From the NCBI GenBank assembly GCA_963703225.1, contig OY969801.1, positions 992,001 to 1,056,000 of the forward strand: a DNA stretch of 64,000 bases, in the 5' to 3' direction. Positions within the stretch are counted from its first letter, which is position 1. Every line of letters begins with the position of its first letter. The notes beneath the pieces were generated by a model that searched no databases, was not told the origin of the DNA, and saw only the letters and a list, made by a program, of their open reading frames with translations. Position numbers and translations under genes: made by a program. This document shows, in pieces, positions 1 through 8,875 of this stretch. This DNA comes from Candidatus Eiseniibacteriota bacterium (lineage in GTDB: Bacteria > Eisenbacteria > RBG-16-71-46 > SZUA-252).

Positions 1-2
1 GG

Positions 3-941
3 AATTGTCGCATCATGCCGCTCAAGGTATCGCATCCGGACAGCGGCATTACCTCGGAAGCCATCGCCGGGGCGTTCGCGTACGCGGTCGACAAGAAGGC
101 GTCGGTGATCTCGATGAGCTTTGGCGGGCCCGGCGATCCTGGCGTGCCGGAGTTTTTCCAGGCTCTGGTGGACATGGCCGCATTCTCCGGGGCCGTCTGT
201 GTCGCCGCGGCCGGAAACGACGGAGACAGCGTCCGCGTCTATCCCGCGGCCTGCGACCACGTCTTGGCGGTGGCCGCCACGGACTTCGACAACGCCCGCG
301 CTTCGTTCTCCAACTGGGGTCCCTGGGTCGACGTCGCGGCTCCGGGCAGCCTCATGTGGTCGACGATCAGTCAAAACTACACGTTCACCGACCTCGACCA
401 AGTGTTCTACGTCTTCCTCTTCGGTTGGGACGGCGTGAATCCGTACATGTACGGTGACGGGACCTCCTTCGCGTGTCCGCTGACGGCCGGTGTGTGCGGC
501 CTTGTGCGTGCCCAGTATCCCAATCTCACGCCTCAGCTCGTGATCCAACAACTGATCGCGACGGGGGATCCGGTGGCCTACGACCTGCCCATTGGTGTGA
601 AGGTGAACGCCTTCCATGCTGTGAACAGCTTGCCGACGGCCGTGGCGGAGAGTGGACAGGCGCCCCGAGTCGCTCTCGCCGCCGCGCCGAATCCAGTCGC
701 GGGATCGGGGGCGATCCGTTTCGTCCTCCCGATGGCGGGGTGGACCCGCCTCGTGCTCTACGATGCCTCTGGTCGGCGCGTCCGCACGCTCCTCCAAGGG
801 ACCTTGCCCGCCGGCCCCCACGTCGTCCCTTGGGACGGCCGCAACGACCGGGGCACGCCCCTTCCCGCGGCCGTCTACTTCGCGCGGTTGGAAAGCGGAA
901 GATCGATCTGGAAGACCAAGGTCGTCTTGATCGATCGCTAG
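3..941 (+). CDS. S8 (subtilisin-like) serine peptidase, 5'-partial, with C-terminal FlgD-Ig-type domain
   Basis: Frame is open from the window edge (NCRIMPLKV). Oxyanion AAAGN, FSNWG and catalytic GTSFACP are present. The C-terminus reads PNP..IRF.LP..LYDASGRRVRTL..WDGRN..VYFARL. Confidence 0.9.
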   Translation, partial: NCRIMPLKVSHPDSGITSEAIAGAFAYAVDKKASVISMSFGGPGDPGVPEFFQALVDMAAFSGAVCVAAAGNDGDSVRVYPAACDHVLAVAATDFDNARASFSNWGPWVDVAAPGSLMWSTISQNYTFTDLDQVFYVFLFGWDGVNPYMYGDGTSFACPLTAGVCGLVRAQYPNLTPQLVIQQLIATGDPVAYDLPIGVKVNAFHAVNSLPTAVAESGQAPRVALAAAPNPVAGSGAIRFVLPMAGWTRLVLYDASGRRVRTLLQGTLPAGPHVVPWDGRNDRGTPLPAAVYFARLESGRSIWKTKVVLIDR

Positions 942-972
942 AGGCCGCTGCTCCGGCCCATCGGTCTAGGGA

Positions 973-2601
973 TCAGACGGTCACCGTCTCGGACGGTCGA
1001 TGCTGCTCCCACCAGGTCGCGGCACTTTCTTCGGACCACGCACGCGTGGCGGGCACGGCCGCGAGGCGTGCGGCGAGGGCCCCGGCACTCGACGGCCGCG
1101 CGGAGGGGTCCTTGGCGAGACAGTCGAGAATCGTCCGCTCCAATTCCTCCGGTATGTGCAGCTCGGTGACCTTGCTCGGCGCCACCGGCTCGCGCTGAAC
1201 GTGCGCCAGAATCGCCTCCGTCGTGGTCTCCGCCGCGAACACCTCCCGACCCGTCAGAAGCCAATAGCCAACGCAGCCCAACGCGTAGAGGTCAGCTCGA
1301 CCATCGACGTTCCCTCGTCCCAGGGCCATTTCCGGTGCCATGTAATGGGGGGTGCCCGCCACCGCATCGGCTCGCGTCAGCTTGGTGGCCGCGCGGGGAG
1401 CCGCTGCTTCCAAGTGCTTTGCCAAACCAAAGTCGAGGACCTTCACGACGTCGTGCTCGACGCCGCGCCGGCAGAGGTAGATGTTCGCAGGCTTGATGTC
1501 CCGATGCACCACGCCGCGCCGGTGCGCTTCGTCGAGGGAGGCACAGGCTTGGCGCAGGATGTGCACGGCTCGCTCCCACGCCACCGGCCCAAAGCGCTCG
1601 ACGAGAGCATCGAGGTCGATGCCATCCAATAACTCCATCACGTAAAACAAGGTCCCATCCTCGGTCGTACCGAAATCATAGAGCTCGATGGTATGAGGGG
1701 ACTGGAGGCCCGCGATGACCTGAGCCTCGCGGTCGAAGCGCGCGACCGCCGTTTCCGCCAGCAGCGGGTCGCTCGCGAGGGCGTCGCGGCGGATGAGCTT
1801 GATGGCGGCCGGACGCGCCAGCATCCGGTGCGACGCCCGCCAAACCTCCCCCATGCCTCCTCGCCCGAGCAACGCCTCGAGCCGGTAATTGCCAAGCTCG
1901 TGCGCGCGCCGTACCTCGACGCCCAATTGGTGAACGACGCGGGCCGCGAAGTAGGCGAGTGCGATGGTGATCGCGTAGGGCAGCACGAAGATCGGGAGAT
2001 ACTGCCGCGCACCAAGCGCCGGTGCCGCTCCCGCCCAGACCTGGGCCAGGTAGAGAATGGGGACGGAGGAATTGGCGGCGATGAGCGCCACCAAGGTCTC
2101 GCGCGGACGGGTCGGGACGAGCACGGTGAAGAAGAGGGTCCAGAGTGCGACGTGGGCCAGGCCAATCCGGTCGACCTGGAAGTCGGAGGCCCGCATTCCC
2201 CTGAAGGCCCCCAAAGTGGAGCCCGCTGTGATCGCGAAGCCGTACACGACTTCGTAAACCAGCCCCACCCGGACCATCGTGGACGCGGAAAACCAACCGC
2301 TGCGCGCCATCGCGAGGACGGCGATGGAGGCAACTAGAGCCGCGACCGGTGGGGCCCATTGCCGAGGAGTTTGAAGCTCGGCTCCGAATTGACCGGTCGC
2401 GAGATTAACGCCTAGCCAAAGGACCAAGACCGCCACGATCGACACAAGGCAAACCATCTCCAACCGGCGAACCGCTCGGTCCACCAGGTGGGTTGCGACC
2501 TGGTCGCCGCCCCGAGCGCGCTCATGGCGTAGCCCGTCAGCGCCTTGGTGAGGCCGGAGAAGGTGCGTGGTGGTGCGAATCTCTCGGTCGATGGGACTCA
2601 T
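973..2601 (-). CDS. Membrane-anchored Hanks-type Ser/Thr protein kinase
   Basis: About 6 N-terminal hydrophobic segments, then GRGGMGEV, AIK, HRDIKPAN, DFG, GTPHYMAPE and DLYALG. GGAGG RBS upstream. Confidence 0.93.
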   Translation of the reverse strand: MSPIDREIRTTTHLLRPHQGADGLRHERARGGDQVATHLVDRAVRRLEMVCLVSIVAVLVLWLGVNLATGQFGAELQTPRQWAPPVAALVASIAVLAMARSGWFSASTMVRVGLVYEVVYGFAITAGSTLGAFRGMRASDFQVDRIGLAHVALWTLFFTVLVPTRPRETLVALIAANSSVPILYLAQVWAGAAPALGARQYLPIFVLPYAITIALAYFAARVVHQLGVEVRRAHELGNYRLEALLGRGGMGEVWRASHRMLARPAAIKLIRRDALASDPLLAETAVARFDREAQVIAGLQSPHTIELYDFGTTEDGTLFYVMELLDGIDLDALVERFGPVAWERAVHILRQACASLDEAHRRGVVHRDIKPANIYLCRRGVEHDVVKVLDFGLAKHLEAAAPRAATKLTRADAVAGTPHYMAPEMALGRGNVDGRADLYALGCVGYWLLTGREVFAAETTTEAILAHVQREPVAPSKVTELHIPEELERTILDCLAKDPSARPSSAGALAARLAAVPATRAWSEESAATWWEQHRPSETVTV

Positions 2602-2715
2602 CCCTCCAAGGTAGCACTCCGGGCGCTACTTCGGTACGGCTTGGGCGCTGCCGAGACCGGTGGTAGCGTACCCTCTTGGCTTGCGGTCACGGTGCCTTTG
2701 TGAGGGAGGTCTGAA

Positions 2716-3453
2716 ATGCGAATGGGTCGGTTGGGTTTCGCCGCAGTGCTGCTGGCTCTGACGTTCACCCCAGGGGTCGCGAGGGCGCAGGCGCCACCCG
2801 CCACGGCGCCCGAGACGATCGTGAACCCAAAGATCCCGCGGCTCGACGACGTGCAGGGTGTCGGTGACCCCAAGCTTGTCGATGACCTTAGGAAGGGTGG
2901 ATTCGTCATCTTCTTCAGGCACGCCGCCACGGATTGGGCGCAGAAGGATTTGACATATGACGACTTTGAAAATCGTGCCGCCCAGCGGAATCTGAGCGAA
3001 GCAGGGAAGGCGGACGCGGTGACTTTGGGAAAGTCGTTCAAGGCGCTCGCGATTCCTATCGACAGTGTTTTCGTAAGCCCGATGTGGCGCTGCAGGGACA
3101 CGGCTCAGCTCGCATTTGGACGCTACGAGAAGAAGATCGAGCTATTCGGAAAGGTTCGCGTAGTCCCGACCAGTCCAACAAGCTCCACCGACGATCGCGC
3201 CGCCTATCGTACCGCGCGCATCATGATGCTGAGCACGTCGCCGACACATGGAATGAATCGCGTCCTGGTGGGTCAGCAGGATCCGATGATCCCGATCATC
3301 GACGGGCTCCATCGGGACGAGCTGCGGGAGGGCGACGCGTTGGTGGTGCAGCCGCTTGGCGAGGGGAAGTTCAAGGTCGTGGCGCAGGTGACCCCGGCCG
3401 ACTGGGTGCGGCTGGCCGCAGCCTATCCGGCCAAGGAGTCCGCGCACAAATAG
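2716..3453 (+). CDS. Exported histidine phosphatase (phosphoglycerate mutase-like) family protein
   Basis: Signal peptide (ARA-Q), FFRHA, QRNLS..G and SPMWRCRDTA motifs. GGAGG RBS. Confidence 0.8.
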   Translation: MRMGRLGFAAVLLALTFTPGVARAQAPPATAPETIVNPKIPRLDDVQGVGDPKLVDDLRKGGFVIFFRHAATDWAQKDLTYDDFENRAAQRNLSEAGKADAVTLGKSFKALAIPIDSVFVSPMWRCRDTAQLAFGRYEKKIELFGKVRVVPTSPTSSTDDRAAYRTARIMMLSTSPTHGMNRVLVGQQDPMIPIIDGLHRDELREGDALVVQPLGEGKFKVVAQVTPADWVRLAAAYPAKESAHK

Positions 3454-3463
3454 ATTCGCGCCG

Positions 3464-3500
3464 GGCGGCGGGGGAATCAGACTGGATTCCCACCGCCGCC
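3464..3500. terminator. GC-rich hairpin between convergent genes (possible bidirectional terminator)
   Basis: GGCGGCGGGGGAATC ... GATTCCCACCGCCGCC inverted repeat with one bulge, lying between the stops at 3453 and 3515. No long U tract. Confidence 0.5.
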
Positions 3501-3514
3501 GACGTTTCGGTTCG

Positions 3515-3715
3515 TTAGATCTTGCGGACGTTCGCCGCGGCGGGGCCCTTCGGGCCGCTCGTCACTTCGAATTCCACGCGATCACCGTCCGTGAGGCTCT
3601 TGAAGCCGTCGCCTTCGATCGCGGAATAGTGGACGAACACGTCCTCCCCATTCTCCTGCGAAATGAAGCCGAAGCCCTTCGCCTCGTTGAACCACTTCAC
3701 GGTGCCACGAGTCAT
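3515..3715 (-). CDS. csp: Cold-shock protein (CSD family)
   Basis: GTVKWFN, RNP1 KGFGFI and RNP2 DVFVHYSAI motifs. 66 aa. Confidence 0.97.
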   Translation of the reverse strand: MTRGTVKWFNEAKGFGFISQENGEDVFVHYSAIEGDGFKSLTDGDRVEFEVTSGPKGPAAANVRKI

Positions 3716-4125
3716 TTTGAATCTCTCCCTTTTCTACCGGGGCCTTCAGGGCCCCTGGCATGCGCCGTCCAACGCGACGGCAGCGCCCCGGCCTTATTGA
3801 CCGGGTTTTTCGGGCTGGAAGGCGCACGACCAATACAAAAGCAGCCGCCGGCTCGAGGCTGGCGGCTTGAGTTGCTGGAACCGTACTTCCACCTGCTACC
3901 GAATTACTACTTCAGATGCTCCCGGGGGTCTGGAGATTCAGGAATTTGACCCGGGCCGGACGGGCCCGGTGTCGCGTCCGGCGCGGGCACGGAGAAGGCC
4001 GCATCTCGCAAGCCCCGCATCGCATCCCGCAGCGCGGCCCGTCAGCCGATCCAGGGAGTGACGGCGCATCCGCCATGGCAATCTTCTTGCATGGTTCCCG
4101 ACCACACCAGACCCGGGACCTTACC

Positions 4126-5190
4126 ATGCGATTACCTTTACAACTTCGAGCCACGCTCGCGGCCGCTCTTTTCCTGGCGGCGGCCGGCTGTTCCACAGGC
4201 TCGTCGCCGACCGAGCCCAAGATCCCGACCGGGCCCGGCGCCACCGCCTCCGACAGCACGGTGCTGCTCGAAGATCTCTCGACGCGACAGGTGTTCCCGG
4301 CCGACAACTGGTGGAACCTGAACGTCTCGGGCGCACCGGTTGATTCAGAATCTCAGGCACTCATCGACTGGATCAGCGGCCGGACCACTCAGAACCCCAC
4401 GGCCACGCGCATCGTCCACCCGGACTTCGGGCCGTCTCCTTACGGCATTCCCTACGTCGGGGTCGGCGCGACCCAGACGCTCAGTCAAGTGGCGTTCGCC
4501 CCCTATGGCAGCCAGAGCGATCCCGGCGCGCCCGGGTGGCCTTCGGGATACCCGATCCCGACGGAAGCGCGGACGCAACCCGACTACATCGAGGGCGCGG
4601 TCCCAGGCGGAGGCTCGAGCGGCGATCGGCACCTGATTCTCGTCGATCGCGGGCGCTGGCTCCTCTATGAGACGTGGGCAACCCGATGGAACTCATCCTC
4701 CCAGCGATGGGAAGCCGGCTCGGGGGCCGCATTCGATCTCTCCACCAATGCTCGACGCCAGGACGGCTGGACTTCCGCGGACGCTGCGGGTCTGGCGATC
4801 TTCCCGGGATTGGTTCGTCACGACGAGGTGGACGCCCCCGGTCCCATCACCCACGCGTTTCGCGTCACGACGCGCGCGACGAACGGCTACGTCTGGCCCG
4901 CCTCCCACCAGGCGGGGAGCATGATAGGCGCGCCGCCGATGGGAACGAGGCTTCGGCTCAAGGCAGGTGTCGACATCAGCGGTTATCCAGCCGACGTGCG
5001 AAAGATCTTCCAAGCCATGAAGGACTACGGCCTGATCGTGGCGGACAACGGGACCGACATGTATGTCTCTGGTACCATGGACCCCGCATGGGACAACAAC
5101 GTGCTGAATCCCGCGTTTCACAGCCTGACCGCGGACGATTTCGAAGTGATCGAATTGGGTTGGGGCGAGGGACTGACCACGTCACCCTGA
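4126..5190 (+). CDS. Conserved hypothetical lipoprotein
   Basis: Start moved to ATG 4126, which gives the signal peptide and lipobox LAAAG-C. Contains GDRHL..D...LYE, WTSADAAGL and ADNG blocks. Function unknown. Confidence 0.7.
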   Translation: MRLPLQLRATLAAALFLAAAGCSTGSSPTEPKIPTGPGATASDSTVLLEDLSTRQVFPADNWWNLNVSGAPVDSESQALIDWISGRTTQNPTATRIVHPDFGPSPYGIPYVGVGATQTLSQVAFAPYGSQSDPGAPGWPSGYPIPTEARTQPDYIEGAVPGGGSSGDRHLILVDRGRWLLYETWATRWNSSSQRWEAGSGAAFDLSTNARRQDGWTSADAAGLAIFPGLVRHDEVDAPGPITHAFRVTTRATNGYVWPASHQAGSMIGAPPMGTRLRLKAGVDISGYPADVRKIFQAMKDYGLIVADNGTDMYVSGTMDPAWDNNVLNPAFHSLTADDFEVIELGWGEGLTTSP

Positions 5191-6485
5191 CGCGCCGGCA
5201 CACCTGGCTCATCGGTGCTCTCCTCGCAGGCTTGCTTTGGGCTCGCCCTGGAACCGCGCAGACTCCGGATCACCACGGGATGCATCACGACATGGCCGCG
5301 ATGGATTCCGGACACGCCATGACGATGACCGGCATGTACGGCCCCTATCCCATGGCGCGTGAAGCCACGGGGACCGCCTGGCAGCCGGACCAATCGGAAC
5401 ACCTCGGCATCCACGCGATGCGGGGATCGTGGACGCTGATGCTCCACGCTGTGGTCGACGTGATCTATGATGACCAAGGCGGACCGCGCGGCGACGAGAA
5501 GGCCTTCGGCAGCAACATGCTGATGGGAATGGCGCAGCGGCCTGTCGGCCCGGGAACGCTGGGATTCCGGGGGATGCTCTCTCTGGAGCCCGCGACCATC
5601 GGGAAGGAGGGCTATCCGCTGCTCCTCCAGACGGGGGAAACGGCGGACGGCCTCACCCCACTTATCGACCGGCAGCACCCCCACGATCTCTTCATGGAGC
5701 TCGCGGCCACCTACAGCGTCGCGAGCGGAAATCGATCGCTCTTCCTGTACGGCGGGCTCCCGGGGGAGCCCGCTCTCGGCCCCCCCGCGTTCATGCACCG
5801 CTTCTCGGCCATGTCCATCCCGGAGGCGCCCATCACGCACCACTGGCTCGACTCGTCTCACATCACGTTCGGCGTGGTGACGGCGGGAGGGGTCATGGGC
5901 GGCGTGAAACTCGAGGCTTCGGCCTTCCGCGGCCGCGAACCCGATCAGAACCGGTACGGCATCGAGTCGCCGAAGCTCGACTCCTACGCGTATCGCGTTT
6001 CGGTGAATCCGGCGCCCGCGTGGGCGCTCCAGGTGAGCTACGGCCGATTGAATAGCCCCGAGCAGCTCGAGCCCGATGTCGACGTCGATCGTACGACCGC
6101 GTCGGTGATCTACGCGGGCAACTGGAGCGGTGGCCACTGGGAGACGATGATGGCCTGGGGAAGGAACCGCAATCGCCCTGGGCCCATCCTCGACGCGGTG
6201 ACCGCGGAGGCCGCCGCGCAGCTCCACGAGAAGCACACGATCTTCGCGCGTGTGGAGCGAGTGGAGAAAAACGAGCTGTTTCCGCCCGGGGAACCACGCG
6301 ACGGGCAAACGTACGACGTGGGCGAGGTGAGCGCCGGGTACCGCTTCGATTTCTGGAGAGCACGCCACGTGACGACCGGCCTCGGCGTGCTCGGCAGCAT
6401 CGCTTTGGTGCCCGGCGCTATTGAGGACGCCTACGGGGACAATCCGACGTCGGGAATGATCTTCGCGCACGCCGCGCTTCGGTGA
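5160..6485 (+). CDS. Putative outer-membrane protein with His/Met-rich N-terminus (possible metal binding); start uncertain
   Basis: Signal peptide RRHTWLIGALLAGLLWARPGTA-Q, then DHHGMHHDMAAMDSGHAMTM, QHPHDLFMEL and HHWLDSSH, with alternating beta-strand patterns. The start must be TTG 5160 or CTG 5187. Confidence 0.65.
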   Translation: MGRGTDHVTLTRRHTWLIGALLAGLLWARPGTAQTPDHHGMHHDMAAMDSGHAMTMTGMYGPYPMAREATGTAWQPDQSEHLGIHAMRGSWTLMLHAVVDVIYDDQGGPRGDEKAFGSNMLMGMAQRPVGPGTLGFRGMLSLEPATIGKEGYPLLLQTGETADGLTPLIDRQHPHDLFMELAATYSVASGNRSLFLYGGLPGEPALGPPAFMHRFSAMSIPEAPITHHWLDSSHITFGVVTAGGVMGGVKLEASAFRGREPDQNRYGIESPKLDSYAYRVSVNPAPAWALQVSYGRLNSPEQLEPDVDVDRTTASVIYAGNWSGGHWETMMAWGRNRNRPGPILDAVTAEAAAQLHEKHTIFARVERVEKNELFPPGEPRDGQTYDVGEVSAGYRFDFWRARHVTTGLGVLGSIALVPGAIEDAYGDNPTSGMIFAHAALR

Positions 6486-7076
6486 TTAGCCGGGACCGGG
6501 GAGACCGTCCGGGTCCCCCAAGGTAGCATGGCTCACCGTGAGCCCGTCCGCCGCTTCCCAGGCATAGAGGGCAATGTCCTCATCTTCGCCGGGGAGCCGG
6601 ATCATCCGCTCGAATTGCAGGCCTAGCCGCTCGAGGATCCGAATGGAGCGATGGTTGGCCGTGGAAACGATCGCGACGATCCGGGTTAGTCCGAGCTTGA
6701 GTTTCCCGTGCTCGAGAATGGCGGCCGCCGATTCGTACGCGTAGCCCTGCCCGCGGAATTGTGGAAGGAATGCGTAGCCGAGGTCGACGTCTTCGAGGAT
6801 ATCCCGCTTGAGGAGCCCGCAGCTGCCGATGGGCTGCCCCGTCGCCTTGAGGGCGACGACATACATGCCGAAGCCCACCTCCTCGTACATGGCCAGCGTT
6901 CCCTTTGCAAGATAAGCGCGCGCGTCCTCCAGATTTCTCACGTTGCGGTCGCCGATGTGCTCGAGCCACGCCGGGTCGTTCACCAGCTCGAGGACAAACG
7001 CCGCGTCGTCGAGCGAAAACCGACGGAGTACGAGACGCGGGGTTTCGAGAATGGTTACGGCCCCGGCGTCGGTCAC
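6486..7076 (-). CDS. GNAT N-acetyltransferase (RimJ/RimL-like)
   Basis: LETPRLVLR, DLGYAFLPQFRGQGYA and NHRSIRILERLG motifs. Confidence 0.9.
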   Translation of the reverse strand: MTDAGAVTILETPRLVLRRFSLDDAAFVLELVNDPAWLEHIGDRNVRNLEDARAYLAKGTLAMYEEVGFGMYVVALKATGQPIGSCGLLKRDILEDVDLGYAFLPQFRGQGYAYESAAAILEHGKLKLGLTRIVAIVSTANHRSIRILERLGLQFERMIRLPGEDEDIALYAWEAADGLTVSHATLGDPDGLPGPG

Positions 7077-8239
7077 GACAGCGCGGAGGCCATCGCGGTC
7101 AACAACCGGTCGACATCTTCCTGGTTGTTGTGGAGGTGGGGGGAGATCCGGAGCGACGATCCGCGCATGCTGACAACCACCCTCGCCTTCGCGAGCGCGT
7201 CGGCCGCGCGTTGGCGGGCGGTCGGGGGCAGGCCGATGCCGAGCATGTGCGGTGCGCGCGCTTCAGGGGAAGGCACCGCCAAGCCCAGCGCCTCGGCCCG
7301 GCGAGCGATTTCGCTCGTCCGCGCCTGCAGAGTGGCTGCAATCCGCGGTACCGTCCATTCGAGCAGTTGCTGTAATGCCGCCAGCGCCACTGGGGTGAGC
7401 TGGAAGTTCGTGCGCTGCCCAACGTCGAATCGCCGCGCGCCCGGAAGATAGTTGTCGTGGTAGTCCACCAGCTGGCTGAAGTCCTCGGCGCCGGCACGCA
7501 CGATCCAATTCTCCTCTAACGGCTCACCGCTCTGGAGAGCGGGGTCGAGATATAGAAAGCCCAGGCTGAACGGTCCGAGCAACCACTTGTAACCCACCGT
7601 CACCACGGCATCGGGCCGAAGGTCGGCCACGTCGAGCGGCATGGCCCCGAGCGATTGGCTCGCGTCGATCACGAACTTGGCCCCAACCGCCCGCAGGGCG
7701 GGTGCCACGCGGCGCAAATCGACCACGGCACCGTCCGTCCAATGCGTGTTGGGGATCGATGCGATCGTCACACGTCCATCGAGGGAATTCAGGATTGCCT
7801 CCGTCCACGACTGGCCAGATTCCCGACGGACCACCAAGAGCTCCGCGCCTGTTCGCGAGGCAAAACGCCGCCAGGTGTAGTAGTTCGACGGGAATTCCTG
7901 GTCGAGCACGAGCACGCGATCGCCGGGCGCGGCCCTCAGATTGCGAGCCACGACCGCAAGCCCGTAGCTGGTGGCCGGTATCAGCGCGATGTCGTCCGCT
8001 GCTCCGCCGATGAGCCTCGCGAAGCAGGAACGGAGCTGCTCGGCTTCGGAAAACCAATCCGGAGACGAGATCGTCCAGGGCTTGGCACGCCGAGCGAGCG
8101 CATCGGCTCCGGCGGCGTGGACGCTCCGCAAGAGGGGCGAGAGGGTGGCGGTGTTGAAGTAGGCCACCTCGTCGTCCACTTCGAAGCTTGCCCGCTGATC
8201 GGGAAGAAGTTGGATGCCAGCAGACGTCTCATGGGTCAT
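7073..8239 (-). CDS. PLP-dependent aminotransferase class V (cysteine desulfurase/kynureninase-like fold)
   Basis: YFNTA, EFPSN, IDASQSLG, GYKWLLGP (PLP Lys) and LRISPHLHN. Start taken at MTHETS. Confidence 0.88.
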   Translation of the reverse strand: MTHETSAGIQLLPDQRASFEVDDEVAYFNTATLSPLLRSVHAAGADALARRAKPWTISSPDWFSEAEQLRSCFARLIGGAADDIALIPATSYGLAVVARNLRAAPGDRVLVLDQEFPSNYYTWRRFASRTGAELLVVRRESGQSWTEAILNSLDGRVTIASIPNTHWTDGAVVDLRRVAPALRAVGAKFVIDASQSLGAMPLDVADLRPDAVVTVGYKWLLGPFSLGFLYLDPALQSGEPLEENWIVRAGAEDFSQLVDYHDNYLPGARRFDVGQRTNFQLTPVALAALQQLLEWTVPRIAATLQARTSEIARRAEALGLAVPSPEARAPHMLGIGLPPTARQRAADALAKARVVVSMRGSSLRISPHLHNNQEDVDRLLTAMASALS

Positions 8240-8386
8240 GCCGACATTATCCCACAGGGGGGGATTCGCCGCCCTGCAGATGGCTTCAATTCCCCGCAAG
8301 ATCCGGATAGCGGCGTGCGGCTACCCGGATTCATGCTTCGAGCTCGCCGAAAGCCCGCCGGATGGTCTGACGAAAGGAGCACGAGG

Positions 8387-8857
8387 ATGCACGGCATTCG
8401 AATCGAGGGACTCCCGACAACGGTCGCGGAGCGTGTGCGGAGCCAGCGAGCGGACGACCACGGGAACAGCGGCCTCCAGCCAATCTTGGTCGACGAGAGC
8501 CCGGGGTATCTCTGCCGTCATTGTCTGAGAGACCCGAACGCGGGGGAGATGGTATATCTCTTTTCCTATTCACCATTCATAGCTCCAAGGCCGTACCGGA
8601 GCGTCGGGCCCATCTTTGTCCATGCCACTGTTTGTGATCCGTATGACCGCGCGGGAGAGGTCCCGAAATCGCTCGGACACCGCCTTCTGTCCGTGCGGGC
8701 CTATCGATCCGACGACTTTCTGGTGGCCGCCGACGTGGTGCAGGGGCGCGAGCTCGAGGGTATGATCGAGCGGTTCTTTGGCCAGGACCACGTCGCGTAC
8801 GTGGATATCCACAATGCACGGCCGGGGTGTTTCGTCTGCAGAGCCCACCGCTCCTGA
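8387..8857 (+). CDS. DUF1203 family protein
   Basis: CRHCL, PYRSVGPIFVH, RLLSVRAY and IHNARPGCF. AAAGGAG RBS upstream. Confidence 0.85.
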   Translation: MHGIRIEGLPTTVAERVRSQRADDHGNSGLQPILVDESPGYLCRHCLRDPNAGEMVYLFSYSPFIAPRPYRSVGPIFVHATVCDPYDRAGEVPKSLGHRLLSVRAYRSDDFLVAADVVQGRELEGMIERFFGQDHVAYVDIHNARPGCFVCRAHRS

Positions 8858-8875
8858 ACCGGAGGTCGGGATTTA

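Noticed and set aside
2682..2697. GG-N10-GC match upstream of the membrane kinase (minus strand)
   Set aside because: The -12 context is poor (ACCGC) and there is no associated enhancer motif, so it is likely chance in GC-rich DNA.
7655..8386. Long upstream extensions of ORFs 7655..8857, 4674..6485, 50563..51711 and 59958..61562
   Set aside because: They overlap other recognisable genes. Domain motifs and RBSs point to later starts.
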